From the NCBI GenBank assembly GCA_017473925.1, contig JAFUIY010000016.1, positions 7,252 to 71,251 of the forward strand: a stretch of DNA of 64,000 nt. Reading direction: 5' to 3'. Position 1 is the stretch's first letter. The number at the start of each line of letters is the position of its first letter. This DNA is from Clostridia bacterium. Lineage in GTDB: Bacteria; Bacillota; Clostridia; Oscillospirales; Acutalibacteraceae. Shown piece by piece: positions 8,323-18,535 of the stretch. Made by a program: the position numbers and the translations under genes. The notes under the pieces are model-generated. The model ran no database searches. It saw nothing but the letters and a program-made list of their open reading frames with translations, and had not been told where the DNA came from.

Positions 8323-9102
8323 TTATTTATACATTTTCATTATTTTTACGGCTTCAAAGACATCTTTAATGAAGTTATCTGTTCCGGCTTCAATTGAAAC
8401 CCGTTCGCAACCAACAAACTTCAAAGCATCAAAAAAGCCTTTATAATCATACTCATCGGGATTTTTCATGTAAATACGTTTATCTCCGTTCTGTGAAACA
8501 GGATTTGAAATATGTGCATGTCTGAAAATCCCTTTAAGCTCTCTTACATCTTTATATGTATCGCCTTCAACATGCATATGATAAAGATCACCGAGAGTTC
8601 CTACATTCGGTAAGTTTATGAATGAAGCAAGCATTGCACCGTCTTTTATTGTATTGATAATGTTAGATTCAGCCTTACAGAGGGGCTCAAAGACAAAATC
8701 GATACCGTTATCAGCTGCAATTGGACCTGCATACTGTGAAACAAAATGCACAATCTGATTGACAGCCTTCTGAAAGCTGAAGCCTTCAGGCACGCTCCTT
8801 GCACCGCCTGAGCCCATAACAACCATTTTTATACCTGTTTCTTTTGCTCTTGCAAAGCCCTTGACAAGATAATTTTCAAGTGAGTTATAATCAACATTAT
8901 TACCGGTAATTTTCATGTCACCGGGGAGAAAGCAATTTGCTGCTTCACAGGGTAATGAGTATTTTGCAAGCTCATTATTGAAACTGTAATATTTTTCATC
9001 ATCCCAGAGAGCAATATTACTGAAATTACCTTCAATATAATCAAAGCCTGCTTCAGCTGTAGCCTGAATACGGTCAATACCGCCGCATACACCGATTTTC
9101 AT
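8323..9102 (-). CDS. Sugar phosphate isomerase/epimerase (xylose-isomerase-like TIM barrel)
   Basis: 259 aa. The resemblance is at family level only. The gene sits 19 nt upstream of tyrS. Confidence 0.6.
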   Translation of the reverse strand: MKIGVCGGIDRIQATAEAGFDYIEGNFSNIALWDDEKYYSFNNELAKYSLPCEAANCFLPGDMKITGNNVDYNSLENYLVKGFARAKETGIKMVVMGSGGARSVPEGFSFQKAVNQIVHFVSQYAGPIAADNGIDFVFEPLCKAESNIINTIKDGAMLASFINLPNVGTLGDLYHMHVEGDTYKDVRELKGIFRHAHISNPVSQNGDKRIYMKNPDEYDYKGFFDALKFVGCERVSIEAGTDNFIKDVFEAVKIMKMYK

Positions 9103-9111
9103 TCAATCACC

Positions 9112-10788
9112 TCATTTATGTACCTGTGCATCTTTTAGCAATTGCCTTGCAGATTCAAGATGTGCTTTATCATTTTCATTACCGCCGATTATTCTTGCAA
9201 TTTCTGCAACTCTTGAATCAAAATCAAGAGGTGTAACTGATGTGTATGTTTTTTCACCTGATACCTTCTTGGATATAAGCATATGATTATCAGCAAAAGC
9301 AGCAATTGAAGGAAGATGTGTTATGCAGAGAACCTGTCTGTGCTTTGAAACATCATTGAGCTTCAAAGCAATTTTTCCTGCAGCTCTTCCGCTGACACCT
9401 GCATCAATTTCATCGAATATAAGTGTATCTGTTTCGTCTTTATCAGCGAGAACGCTCTTTATTGCAAGCATAATTCTTGATAATTCACCGCCAGATGCAA
9501 TTTTTGCAAGAGGCTTGAGTTCTTCACCCTTGTTAGCTGAAATAAGGAATTCGATATCATCAATACCTGTTTCGGAGAAATCCGTTGAACGGAACTGAAC
9601 TTTAAATACAGTGTCAGGCATGTCAAGGAATGAAAGCTCCTTCATGATTTTCTTTTCAAAATCTTCTGCGGCAGTTTTTCTTGACTGTGAAAGTATTTCT
9701 GCTTTCTGACGGGTAATTGCAGTCTGAACCTCAAGTTGTCTGTTGAGTTCTTCGAGTAATTCGTCAGAATAAGTTATATTATGCAATTCTTTTTCGCATT
9801 TGTCAAGAAATTCGAGCATTTCTTCTTCAGTTTCGCCGTATTTTTTTGACATTCTGTAAATAACATCAAGTCTTTCTTCAATATCGGCAATTTCACGCTC
9901 ATCATACATTGAGTTGTCAATGAGATTGCTGATATCAGAAAGATACGAATCGGCAGTATAGGCAATATCGTTAAGAGTCTCAGCCATTACAGCCGTATCG
10001 GGAACAATGCGTGATACATCAGCAAGTGCCCTTGCTGCATCAAAAAGCATAGAAACAGCACCTGAAAATTCATCAGAACCTGATAATGCAGCATAAGCTT
10101 CGTTCAGTGATGACAAAAGCCTTTGCGAGTTATTGATGACTGTTTTCCTTTCAGTGAGCTCATCTTTTTCACCGACTCTGATAGCTGCTTTCTTTAATTC
10201 ATCTATCTGATGTGTAAGTAAATCTGTCTGTCTGGCTTTTCTTGCTTCATCGATTGAAATTTCAGAAATAGAATGTTTTATTTCATTAAGCTTACAGAAC
10301 GAATCATAATAGTCTTCATATAAATTCTTATTATCTGCAACTGCATCAATAAAAGTATAATGAAGCTCTGAAGACATAAGCTCCTGATTATCGGACTGCC
10401 CATGAATGTTTATAAGGCTTAGTCCTATTTTTTTCAGCATTGATACAGTAACTGTATTTCCGTTTATACGGCAGTTGTTTCTGCCGTCTTTTGTCATAAT
10501 CCTTGAAACAGATAATGTTCTGTCATTCTCAGGTTCAATTCCTGCTGTTTCAAGCTCCTGAAGCACTCTGTCTGAAACATCTGTAAAGAATGCTGAAACA
10601 GTTGCTTTGCTCTCCCCTGTCCTTATAAGCTCACGGGATGTTTTTTCACCGAGAACAGCGTTGATTGAATCAATAATAATTGACTTACCTGCACCTGTTT
10701 CACCTGTAAGACAATTGAAATTATTTTCAAAATCAATTGAAGCACTATCAATTATAGCTATATTTTCAATCTTTAAATTAGATAACAA
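9112..10788 (-). CDS. recN: DNA repair protein RecN
   Basis: N-terminal Walker A GETGAGKS, a long coiled-coil, and the C-terminal SGGELSR signature plus FDEIDAG. Confidence 0.95.
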   Translation of the reverse strand: MLSNLKIENIAIIDSASIDFENNFNCLTGETGAGKSIIIDSINAVLGEKTSRELIRTGESKATVSAFFTDVSDRVLQELETAGIEPENDRTLSVSRIMTKDGRNNCRINGNTVTVSMLKKIGLSLINIHGQSDNQELMSSELHYTFIDAVADNKNLYEDYYDSFCKLNEIKHSISEISIDEARKARQTDLLTHQIDELKKAAIRVGEKDELTERKTVINNSQRLLSSLNEAYAALSGSDEFSGAVSMLFDAARALADVSRIVPDTAVMAETLNDIAYTADSYLSDISNLIDNSMYDEREIADIEERLDVIYRMSKKYGETEEEMLEFLDKCEKELHNITYSDELLEELNRQLEVQTAITRQKAEILSQSRKTAAEDFEKKIMKELSFLDMPDTVFKVQFRSTDFSETGIDDIEFLISANKGEELKPLAKIASGGELSRIMLAIKSVLADKDETDTLIFDEIDAGVSGRAAGKIALKLNDVSKHRQVLCITHLPSIAAFADNHMLISKKVSGEKTYTSVTPLDFDSRVAEIARIIGGNENDKAHLESARQLLKDAQVHK

Positions 10789-10801
10789 TTTATATCAGTC
10801 C

Positions 10802-11251
10802 TTATGATCTGAGCATTGAATCAATTTCTTTTTTAGTGTTCTGAGCAGTTCTGTCGGAACGGCAGACAACAAAAATAGTGTCATCCCCAGCAATTGTACC
10901 GACAATCTCATCCATATTCAGGGCATCAAGTGCAGCACAGGCTGCCTGAGCAGTACCGGGATGACATTTCAGAACAATGATATTCTGAGCACAGTCACAA
11001 TATGTAACGGTGTCAGAGAAAATTGTATAATACTTCATGAATTTTTCATCATTCACTGAAGCCTGAGAATACTTATACTGACCTCCTGCAACGGGATGCT
11101 TGACAAGGCGTAATTCCTTGATATCTCTAGAGACTGTTGCCTGAGTTACTTCAACACCGCATTCAAGAAGCTTTTCAAGAAGCTCTTCCTGAGTGCCTAT
11201 ATCATACTTTTCAATAAGCTCTGTTATCTTAGCATGTCTTTCTTTTTTCAT
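10802..11251 (-). CDS. argR: Arginine repressor
   Basis: 149 aa with a winged-helix N-terminus (TQATVSRDIKEL) and a GTIAGDDT C-terminal motif. Conserved argR-recN context. Confidence 0.92.
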   Translation of the reverse strand: MKKERHAKITELIEKYDIGTQEELLEKLLECGVEVTQATVSRDIKELRLVKHPVAGGQYKYSQASVNDEKFMKYYTIFSDTVTYCDCAQNIIVLKCHPGTAQAACAALDALNMDEIVGTIAGDDTIFVVCRSDRTAQNTKKEIDSMLRS

Positions 11252-11265
11252 ATAAACAGCCCCTT

Positions 11266-12117
11266 TTACTTATCTTTCATTTTTTTATGTAATATTTCCA
11301 TGAATGTATCATCTTTAAGTCTGATAAACTTTACTTTTTTATCAGCCTTCCTGATTTTAGCCCCGTAGTTTGCACCGAAATGGACACTGTCACGGCCGTC
11401 ACATGAAAGCAATGTGTGCGCATTATTGCCCGGATTTACAATATGAAATTCCGATTCACTGCTGAAAATGACGGTACGCTCAATAAGAGAATGTGGACAT
11501 ACGGGAGAAAGAATAATACTTTCAATTCTCGGGTCTACAATAGGTCCTCCTGCAGCAAGGTTATATGCTGTTGAGCCTGTTGGAGTTGAAACAATAAGTC
11601 CGTCTGAATTATATCTGTTGATAAATCTGTTATCACAGTAAAAATCAAGTGAAGTAAGTTTTATTTCGGCACCTCTTGCAAACACAACATCATTTATACA
11701 GAAATCGCTATATACAAGCTGATTTGTGTTATCAAACACTTCTACACTGAGAACAAAGCGTTCTTCAATATAATACTGACCTGAAATGAGCTTATCAAGA
11801 AGAATCATTTCATCTGTTTCAAGGTCCATGAGGTATGCAAGGTTGCCTGAGTTTATGCCAAGAATGGGAACATCGCAAGCGAGAGCAATTTTTGCAGCAC
11901 GAATCATTGTTCCGTCTCCGCCGATTGCGATAATAACATCAACAGAATTATCAAGGTCTTGTGTATGTATTATTCTGCTCAGAAATTCATGGGGCATATC
12001 ATTGCCTTCGGAAATAAAGTAATAATCAATGTTCAGTGTATCAAGAGCTTTACACAGATTAACTGTTGTTTCGTATGCATTTTTTCGGGTAAAATTCGGC
12101 ATGAGTGCAACATTCAT
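11266..12117 (-). CDS. nadK: NAD kinase
   Basis: GGDGT motif (AIGGDGTMIRAAK) and the TPTGSTAYNLAAGGP motif. Confidence 0.93.
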   Translation of the reverse strand: MNVALMPNFTRKNAYETTVNLCKALDTLNIDYYFISEGNDMPHEFLSRIIHTQDLDNSVDVIIAIGGDGTMIRAAKIALACDVPILGINSGNLAYLMDLETDEMILLDKLISGQYYIEERFVLSVEVFDNTNQLVYSDFCINDVVFARGAEIKLTSLDFYCDNRFINRYNSDGLIVSTPTGSTAYNLAAGGPIVDPRIESIILSPVCPHSLIERTVIFSSESEFHIVNPGNNAHTLLSCDGRDSVHFGANYGAKIRKADKKVKFIRLKDDTFMEILHKKMKDK

Positions 12118-12132
12118 ATAATCACCCTCAGT

Positions 12133-12933
12133 TTATTTATCAAGCTCGGCATGAGATGCTTCAACTACATCATCAACGCTGATTTCGGTATTATTGTCTT
12201 TGTTCAGTCCGATATGAATCAGATATTCTATATTTCCCTCAGGGCCTTTTATTGGAGAATAATCGAGTCCGAGAACTGAAAAACCTGTTTCTGTTGCAAA
12301 GCTTCTGATTTTTTCAATAACCTCACTGTGAACAGCTTTGTCCCTGACAACACCTTTTTTGCCAACCTTTTCCCTGCCTGCTTCAAACTGAGGTTTGATA
12401 AGACATACGCCTTCACCGTTTTCGGAAAGAAGCTTTATTACTGCAGGCAAAACGAGTGTCAGTGAAATAAATGATACATCAACAGAAAAGAAATCAATTT
12501 TATCGGGGACTGTTTCATCAGTAACATATCTTATATTGGTTCTTTCAAGATTTACAACACGGTCGTCACTACGCAGCTTCCATGCAAGCTGACCGTAGCC
12601 GACATCAATACTGTACACCTTTGAAGCTCCGTTCTGAAGCATGCAATCCGTAAATCCACCTGTTGAAGCACCGACATCCATACAGATTTTGTCTTTAAGA
12701 GAAATGGGAAACGAACTCATTGCCTTTTTAAGCTTATGACCGCCGCGGCTTACAAATTCACTTGTTCCCCTGACTTCAATTGTATCTTTCTCAGTAACAA
12801 TAAGACCTGCCTTGGAAGCCTTCATACCGTTAACATAGACCTGACCTGCCATGATGAAAGCTTTGGCTTTCTCACGGCTGTCAGTAAGTCCTAAATCAAA
12901 TATTCTTGAATCAAGTCTGATTTTTTCACTCAT
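12133..12933 (-). CDS. tlyA: TlyA-family rRNA 2'-O-methyltransferase
   Basis: S4 domain N-terminus (RLDSRIFDLGL) and the SAM motif DVGASTGGFTD. Start placed at ATG 12933 (MSEKIRLD). The track's 12978 start would overlap dxs by 52 nt. Confidence 0.88.
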   Translation of the reverse strand: MSEKIRLDSRIFDLGLTDSREKAKAFIMAGQVYVNGMKASKAGLIVTEKDTIEVRGTSEFVSRGGHKLKKAMSSFPISLKDKICMDVGASTGGFTDCMLQNGASKVYSIDVGYGQLAWKLRSDDRVVNLERTNIRYVTDETVPDKIDFFSVDVSFISLTLVLPAVIKLLSENGEGVCLIKPQFEAGREKVGKKGVVRDKAVHSEVIEKIRSFATETGFSVLGLDYSPIKGPEGNIEYLIHIGLNKDNNTEISVDDVVEASHAELDK

Positions 12934-14809
12934 CAGATAATACCTCTTGTATAAATTCTGCCATTGATTCTCCGTCAAAGCCGTATTCTTTCAGAAGAAT
13001 TTCCGTAGTAGCATGACATACAAACTTATCCTCAACAGCACGGAGATAATACTTGCCGCCAAAAGAGTTTTCCGTCAGCATCATATTGAAAATCTCACCG
13101 CAGCCGCCTGATTTTTCTCCTTCTTCAAAGAAGAAGACTTTTCTGCAGTCAAGCACATTTTTAACAGCGTTGACGGAAACGGGCTTGATTTTGTTCAGCT
13201 TGATAACTTTAACTGAAATATTTTTTTCATTCAGAATTTTCAATGCTGAAGCTGCTTCGGCAAAAATTCGACCGTAAGTAACTACTGCTATATCAGAATC
13301 GGAATCACCGTAAACATCAAAATCCTCAAAGGACGGAACAAAATCCTCAGGAAGTGAAGGCTCTGCACCCTTGAACATACGGACAGCTACAACACCGTCT
13401 TCATGATAAAAAGCCTTCATAAATGCATTACGCATTTCACTGTATAATGTCGGTGAATAAACAGTAACACCGGGAATGGTATTGAGAAAAGGAACATCAA
13501 GAATACCATGATGTGTTTCACCGTCACCCGTTACAAAGCCTGCTCTGTCAATTGCAAGGATTATTTTAAGCTTCTGTAAAGCGGCATCGTGAACAAGCTG
13601 GTCATAGCTTCTCTGAAGAAAAGCCGAATATACAGCAAAAACAGGAAGCATTCCCCCTTTTGCAAGTCCCGAACAGAAAGTGACAGCATGTTCTTCTGCA
13701 ATACCAACATCAAAGAATCTTGACGGAAATTGCCGTTCAAAGCTGTCAAGCCCTGTACCGAGGGACATTGCAGCTGTAACGGCACATATTCGCCTGTCAT
13801 TACCTGCAAAGTTACAAAGAACACTGCCGAATTCATTTGAAAAGGATGTTCCTGATGCTCTGAATTCACCTGTATCTATATCAAATTTGGAAATACCGTG
13901 GAATACACTCGGCTCAAGCTCAGCATAGTTGTAGCCCTTGCCTTTTGTTGTTTTGATATGAAGCAGAATCGGATAATCTGCCGACTTAGCACCCTCAAGT
14001 GCATCGACAAGGACTTCTATATTGTGACCGTCAAGGGGACCCATATATCGGAAGCCCAGATCCTCAAACATTGTGCTTGACTTATAGAACATCCTTTTTA
14101 TGCCTGTCTTGAGTCTGAAAATTGCATTTGAAAGCCTGACACCTATGAGAGGAATCTTGTTGATTGTCTGCTCGGTCTTTGCTTTCATACGGAAATATGA
14201 GGGTCTTGCCTTGATAACAGCAAGATGCTTTGCAAGTGAGCCGACATTTTTTGAAATAGACATATCATTATCGTTAAGAATAACAATAAGACGTGAACGT
14301 TCTCTGCCTGCATTATTCAGAGCTTCATAAACCATGCCGCCTGTAAAAGCACCGTCACCGATGACGGCAATGGCATAGTTCTTATTCCCTTTTATTTTAT
14401 TTGCCTGTGCAATACCGTAAGCTGCAGAAACAGAAGTACTGCTGTGTCCGCTGAAAAAAGTGTCATGCTCGCTTTCATCGGGACATGAAAAGCCTGAAAG
14501 ACCGCCGTGCTGTCTGAGTGTGTTTATACGGTCATATCTTCCCGTCAGAAGCTTGTGCACATAAACCTGATGTCCCACATCCCAAACAATCTTATCATGA
14601 GGTGAATTGAACACTTTATGAAGAGCAATTGTCAGCTCGACAACACCGAGGTTGGATGCAAGGTGACCACCTGTTTCCGAAACAGTATTGATCAGCGTTT
14701 TTCTGATTTCATCTGCAAGCTCATATAACTGAGAATCGGATAATTTTTTTATATCCGACGGCCTTGTTATATTACTCAGCATTTGTTTATCATTATCCAT
14801 TGAAATCAC
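12926..14809 (-). CDS. dxs: 1-deoxy-D-xylulose-5-phosphate synthase
   Basis: GGHLASNLGVVELT, the GDG TPP motif (IGDGAFTGGMVYEALNNAG), and 627 aa. Confidence 0.95.
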   Translation of the reverse strand: MISMDNDKQMLSNITRPSDIKKLSDSQLYELADEIRKTLINTVSETGGHLASNLGVVELTIALHKVFNSPHDKIVWDVGHQVYVHKLLTGRYDRINTLRQHGGLSGFSCPDESEHDTFFSGHSSTSVSAAYGIAQANKIKGNKNYAIAVIGDGAFTGGMVYEALNNAGRERSRLIVILNDNDMSISKNVGSLAKHLAVIKARPSYFRMKAKTEQTINKIPLIGVRLSNAIFRLKTGIKRMFYKSSTMFEDLGFRYMGPLDGHNIEVLVDALEGAKSADYPILLHIKTTKGKGYNYAELEPSVFHGISKFDIDTGEFRASGTSFSNEFGSVLCNFAGNDRRICAVTAAMSLGTGLDSFERQFPSRFFDVGIAEEHAVTFCSGLAKGGMLPVFAVYSAFLQRSYDQLVHDAALQKLKIILAIDRAGFVTGDGETHHGILDVPFLNTIPGVTVYSPTLYSEMRNAFMKAFYHEDGVVAVRMFKGAEPSLPEDFVPSFEDFDVYGDSDSDIAVVTYGRIFAEAASALKILNEKNISVKVIKLNKIKPVSVNAVKNVLDCRKVFFFEEGEKSGGCGEIFNMMLTENSFGGKYYLRAVEDKFVCHATTEILLKEYGFDGESMAEFIQEVLSDE

Positions 14810-14812
14810 CGA

Positions 14813-15676
14813 TTATTTATTTCTGTTAAGAAGTGCATCTGCAAAATACTTAAGAACTGAAGTGTCACCGTCAATTTCAGCAAGTGCCGAATGAGCTTTA
14901 TCAGTGTATTCCGATGCAACAGCTTTTGCCTTTTCAAGACCGAGCAAAGAAACATATGTTGATTTGCCTGAAATGATATCGCTGTTGTCTTCACCTTCAA
15001 GGAAATCAAGAATATCATCGATAATCTGAAATGCAAGACCGAGATTCAGAGCAAATTCCTTTGCATAGGGAATCATATCATATCTGTCAGCTCCGATACA
15101 GCCGAGAACACATGCAGAAGTGATAAGTGCTGCTGTTTTAAGCTTATCCATAAGGAACAGAGAATCAATATCAAGCCCTGCGTTTTCACCCTCAAGGTCT
15201 ACAATCTGACCACCTATCATACCGTTGACACCTGCATAACCGGAAAGCTCTTTTACAGCATCTATTCTCTGCTGTGCAGAAAGCTCTGCAGATGCAATAC
15301 ATGAAAATGCATGAGTCAGCAAACTGTCGCCGGCAAGAAGTGCTTTATCTTCGCCGAATTTAATATGTGAAGACGGCTTTCCTCTTCTCATGTCATCATT
15401 ATCCATACAGGGAAGATCGTCATGAATAAGAGAGTATGTGTGAATGAACTCGACTGCTATAGCAAGAGGAAGAGCTTTTTCAGTGTCTCCTCCGAGAATA
15501 CGGCAGAATTCAAGAGTCAGAACAGGTCTTACACGCTTTCCTCCCGATTCAAGTGAGTATTTCATAGCTTCGGAAATAACACTGTATTGCTCTTTTGCTT
15601 CGGGAACAAAACTCATTATATTCTTTTCTATAAGTTCAATATGTGATGCAAGAAAAGCATTATTCATCTTTATCAC
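14813..15676 (-). CDS. ispA: Polyprenyl (farnesyl/geranyl) diphosphate synthase
   Basis: First Asp-rich motif LIHDDLPCMDNDDMRRG and second Asp-rich motif FQIIDDILD. The start could instead be the internal ATG at 15667. Confidence 0.92.
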   Translation of the reverse strand: MIKMNNAFLASHIELIEKNIMSFVPEAKEQYSVISEAMKYSLESGGKRVRPVLTLEFCRILGGDTEKALPLAIAVEFIHTYSLIHDDLPCMDNDDMRRGKPSSHIKFGEDKALLAGDSLLTHAFSCIASAELSAQQRIDAVKELSGYAGVNGMIGGQIVDLEGENAGLDIDSLFLMDKLKTAALITSACVLGCIGADRYDMIPYAKEFALNLGLAFQIIDDILDFLEGEDNSDIISGKSTYVSLLGLEKAKAVASEYTDKAHSALAEIDGDTSVLKYFADALLNRNK

Positions 15677-15863
15677 CGTCCTGTGATAATTCGGTTATTT
15701 TAAGCTTTGCATTTTCAAGGAGTGCTGTACAATAACCGTAAAGCTTTGTAGCTTCATCGTAAATTTTTACTGTATCTTCAAGAGGTAAATCCCCTTTTTC
15801 AAGAGTTGCCGTGAGCTTTTCAAGCTCTGCAACAGCTTCTTCATATTTCATATTTTTTTTCAT
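15660..15863 (-). CDS. xseB: Exodeoxyribonuclease VII small subunit
   Basis: 67 aa with the pattern YEEAVAELEKLTATLEKGDLPLED, directly downstream of xseA. Confidence 0.92.
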   Translation of the reverse strand: MKKNMKYEEAVAELEKLTATLEKGDLPLEDTVKIYDEATKLYGYCTALLENAKLKITELSQDGDKDE

Positions 15864-15866
15864 AAT

Positions 15867-17081
15867 TTACTGCTCCTTAGGAATAATATCGGTTATCACA
15901 CATCGGACATCACCGTCGGAAAAAGCAAGAGTAATGTCATCATTGACACTGAGCATTCCGGCTGAAACTACTCTTTGTTTATCCCTGGTGACGGGAATAT
16001 AGCCTTTAGAGATAAGCATCATGGGATTAAGCAGTTCAAGCTTGTGTGAAAGTATATCGAGCTTTTTTGTGTTTGTGTCTAAAATAGCTCTGACAGAATT
16101 ATCAATTCTTGATTTTATCAGGCTGAGATTTGCATTTCTTGTTTCAAGAATTCTTCCCGGGTCATAAACACGAAGCTTTTGTCCGTTTATAGAAAGTGTC
16201 GAATATTTGTCATTAAGATAGATATTAATAGCATTATTCAGCCTGAAATATAATGAATCATTGAGCTGATATAATTCATAGATGTCAGGAACACAGATTT
16301 CCGCAGCAGCTGAAGGAGTAGGAGCTCTCATATCTGCTGCAAAATCACATAGTGTAAAGTCGGTTTCATGACCTACGCCAGTAATAACAGGAATATCGGA
16401 CTGTGCGACAGCTCTTACAAGCTGTTCGTCATTATAGCCCCATAAATCCTCGATTGAGCCGCCTCCTCTTGCCATAATTATTACATCGGCACATCTGAGC
16501 TTATTTACTTTATTCAAAGCGTCTATATTTTCACGGGCACAATTAATCCCCTGAACGGCAACAGGGCAAAGAATAATTTCTGCAAGAGGATAACGCCTTG
16601 TGATAACATTGAGAATATCCTGATATGCAGCACCCACAGCTGAAGTAAGAACTGCAATTTTCCCGGGAAATTGAGGAAGAGGTTTTTTGACTTCATCATC
16701 AAAAAGACCTTCGGCAGAAAGCTTCTTTTTGAGCTGTTCAAAGGCTATCATCAATGAGCCTGCACCTTCAGGTTCCATTTTTTCAGCATAAATCTGATAA
16801 ACACCGTCACGCTCAAAAACGGAAATTCGGCCTGTTATATAAACACGCATGCCGTTCTCAGGTCTGAATTTCAGTGTACGGGCATTGCCTGCAAACATAA
16901 CAGCTTTAATTGCAGATGCTTCATCTTTTATTGTAAAATAACAGTGTCCTGTTTTGAAATGATTGACAAAGTTTGATATCTCGCCGACGACAAAAACTTT
17001 CCTGAGCAGTGCGTCAGAATCGACGAGCATTTTGATATAAGTGTTAAGCTGAGTAACAGTCAGTGCTGACTGATTAATCAT
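15867..17081 (-). CDS. xseA: Exodeoxyribonuclease VII large subunit
   Basis: OB-fold N-terminus (VVGEISNF...GHCYFTIKD) and ARGGGSIEDLW. Confidence 0.95.
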   Translation of the reverse strand: MINQSALTVTQLNTYIKMLVDSDALLRKVFVVGEISNFVNHFKTGHCYFTIKDEASAIKAVMFAGNARTLKFRPENGMRVYITGRISVFERDGVYQIYAEKMEPEGAGSLMIAFEQLKKKLSAEGLFDDEVKKPLPQFPGKIAVLTSAVGAAYQDILNVITRRYPLAEIILCPVAVQGINCARENIDALNKVNKLRCADVIIMARGGGSIEDLWGYNDEQLVRAVAQSDIPVITGVGHETDFTLCDFAADMRAPTPSAAAEICVPDIYELYQLNDSLYFRLNNAINIYLNDKYSTLSINGQKLRVYDPGRILETRNANLSLIKSRIDNSVRAILDTNTKKLDILSHKLELLNPMMLISKGYIPVTRDKQRVVSAGMLSVNDDITLAFSDGDVRCVITDIIPKEQ

Positions 17082-18019
17082 TTTCTCACTTCCTTTATAT
17101 AAGCGAGATATGCAGTACCTGCCGCATTATCTGATGAGTATTCGGGTAAAGCAAAGTAACCGCCGAATTCTTCGGATATTTTTCTGCTTATAATTGAATT
17201 GCTCATAACTCCCCCTGCATAAATAAGAGGAAGCTCACCGAAACGGGAAATTGCATGTTTTGTCATTAATCTGACAGCTTCACATATATAATCAATGCAG
17301 AATTTTGCAATATCACAATCGGGCTCATTGTTATTTTTCATAGTTATACATTTGTTTTCAAGTCCTGAAAAGCTGCAGGAGCCGTCACGGAAATAAGGCT
17401 TGGTCCTGTATTCTTTATCGCTCATACATGCAAGTCTGTCAAGCTCCTTACCGGCAGGAAAAGGAAGCCCGAGCATAACACCTGCTCTGTCAACAGCCTG
17501 TCCTGCTTTAAGGTCAAGAGATGCTGAAACAGTTTCAATTGAAAACACCTTATCAGTATCAGGCTTTACATGGAGAACATCAGTTGTGCCCCCTGAGAAA
17601 TGAAAAGCAATAAATTCCTTTTCAACAAGCTGTGTCTGCCCCGACGACCATAATGCAGCTGCAACATGGCCTGCCTGATGAGAGAACTTGTATAAGGACG
17701 CATTGAGAGTTTGTGCAAGAACAGCACCGTAACCCTCACCTACTGAAAAGCAAGGCATGTATGAGCCGTCACAATCCCTCGGTGCATAAGATACTCCGAC
17801 ACCCTTAACGGATGATGTGAATTTATCGGCAAGCTCACACAGTAAAGGAGGCAGATTTTTAGTGTGATGAAAAACTGCATCAGACTGTCTGAGACCGAGA
17901 TTGCCCTGTTCTACGGACAGAAGCTTTTTTAAAGAAATAAAGCTGTCGTTATTGCTGTCATATAAAGCACATGATGAAGTATAGTTGCTCGTATCAATAC
18001 CGAGAAATAACTCAGACAT
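17078..18019 (-). CDS. TsaD/Kae1-like (peptidase M22 / ASKHA-fold) paralogue of unknown function
   Basis: GIDTSNYTSSCALY N-terminus, an HQAGHV metal-binding-like motif and YAGGVMSN. It overlaps nusB by 8 nt and xseA by 4 nt. Confidence 0.65.
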   Translation of the reverse strand: MSELFLGIDTSNYTSSCALYDSNNDSFISLKKLLSVEQGNLGLRQSDAVFHHTKNLPPLLCELADKFTSSVKGVGVSYAPRDCDGSYMPCFSVGEGYGAVLAQTLNASLYKFSHQAGHVAAALWSSGQTQLVEKEFIAFHFSGGTTDVLHVKPDTDKVFSIETVSASLDLKAGQAVDRAGVMLGLPFPAGKELDRLACMSDKEYRTKPYFRDGSCSFSGLENKCITMKNNNEPDCDIAKFCIDYICEAVRLMTKHAISRFGELPLIYAGGVMSNSIISRKISEEFGGYFALPEYSSDNAAGTAYLAYIKEVRK

Positions 18020-18422
18020 CGGCAGTCATACCCTTGTTGACAGATGAAAGAAGTCCGTTTACGAATGAAGAATCTTCTTCAGCTGCGTATTTCTTTGCAA
18101 GCTCAACAGCTTCATTGATTGAAACAGAAACGGGAATATCAGAGAAGTTTATCATTTCACAGACTGCAAGTCTGAGAATTGCAAGGGATACCTTTGAAAT
18201 TCTGCCGAGCTTCCAGCCGCCCTTGAGATTGGAAGTGATTTTTTCGTCGAGTATATCCATCTCAGCAAGTGTTTTCTCTGCAAGCTGACGGGCAAAATCA
18301 TCTGCAACAAAAAGGTCGGATTCTGCAGCAGCATCAATAATTTCATCAAGAGAATACTCATTGTTGAACTCTTTCTCAAATATGATGATAAATGCCTGCT
18401 CTCTTGCTTCTTTTCTTGTCAT
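18012..18422 (-). CDS. nusB: Transcription antitermination factor NusB
   Basis: RKEAREQAFIIIFE N-terminus and VNGLL near the C-terminus. SD GGAGG. Confidence 0.93.
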   Translation of the reverse strand: MTRKEAREQAFIIIFEKEFNNEYSLDEIIDAAAESDLFVADDFARQLAEKTLAEMDILDEKITSNLKGGWKLGRISKVSLAILRLAVCEMINFSDIPVSVSINEAVELAKKYAAEEDSSFVNGLLSSVNKGMTADV

Positions 18423-18535
18423 TATTAAAACCTCCGTATATAGGAATCAGCCCTCGGAGACCGAAGGCATGAATTAAATTTAAAGAATTATAAATAATTC
18501 TTATATATAATAACATATTTTTTTAAAATAAACAA

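Noticed and set aside
18423-18535. Hairpins between spoIIIAH and nusB (GCCUUCGG-UCU-CCGAGGGC at 18449-18467, and an AU-only stem near 18490-18510) as the spoIIIA operon terminator or a regulatory RNA
   Set aside because: The GC hairpin is not followed by a U-tract, and the AU stem is weak. I cannot distinguish among a leaky terminator, a nusB leader structure and chance. No recognisable riboswitch core is present.
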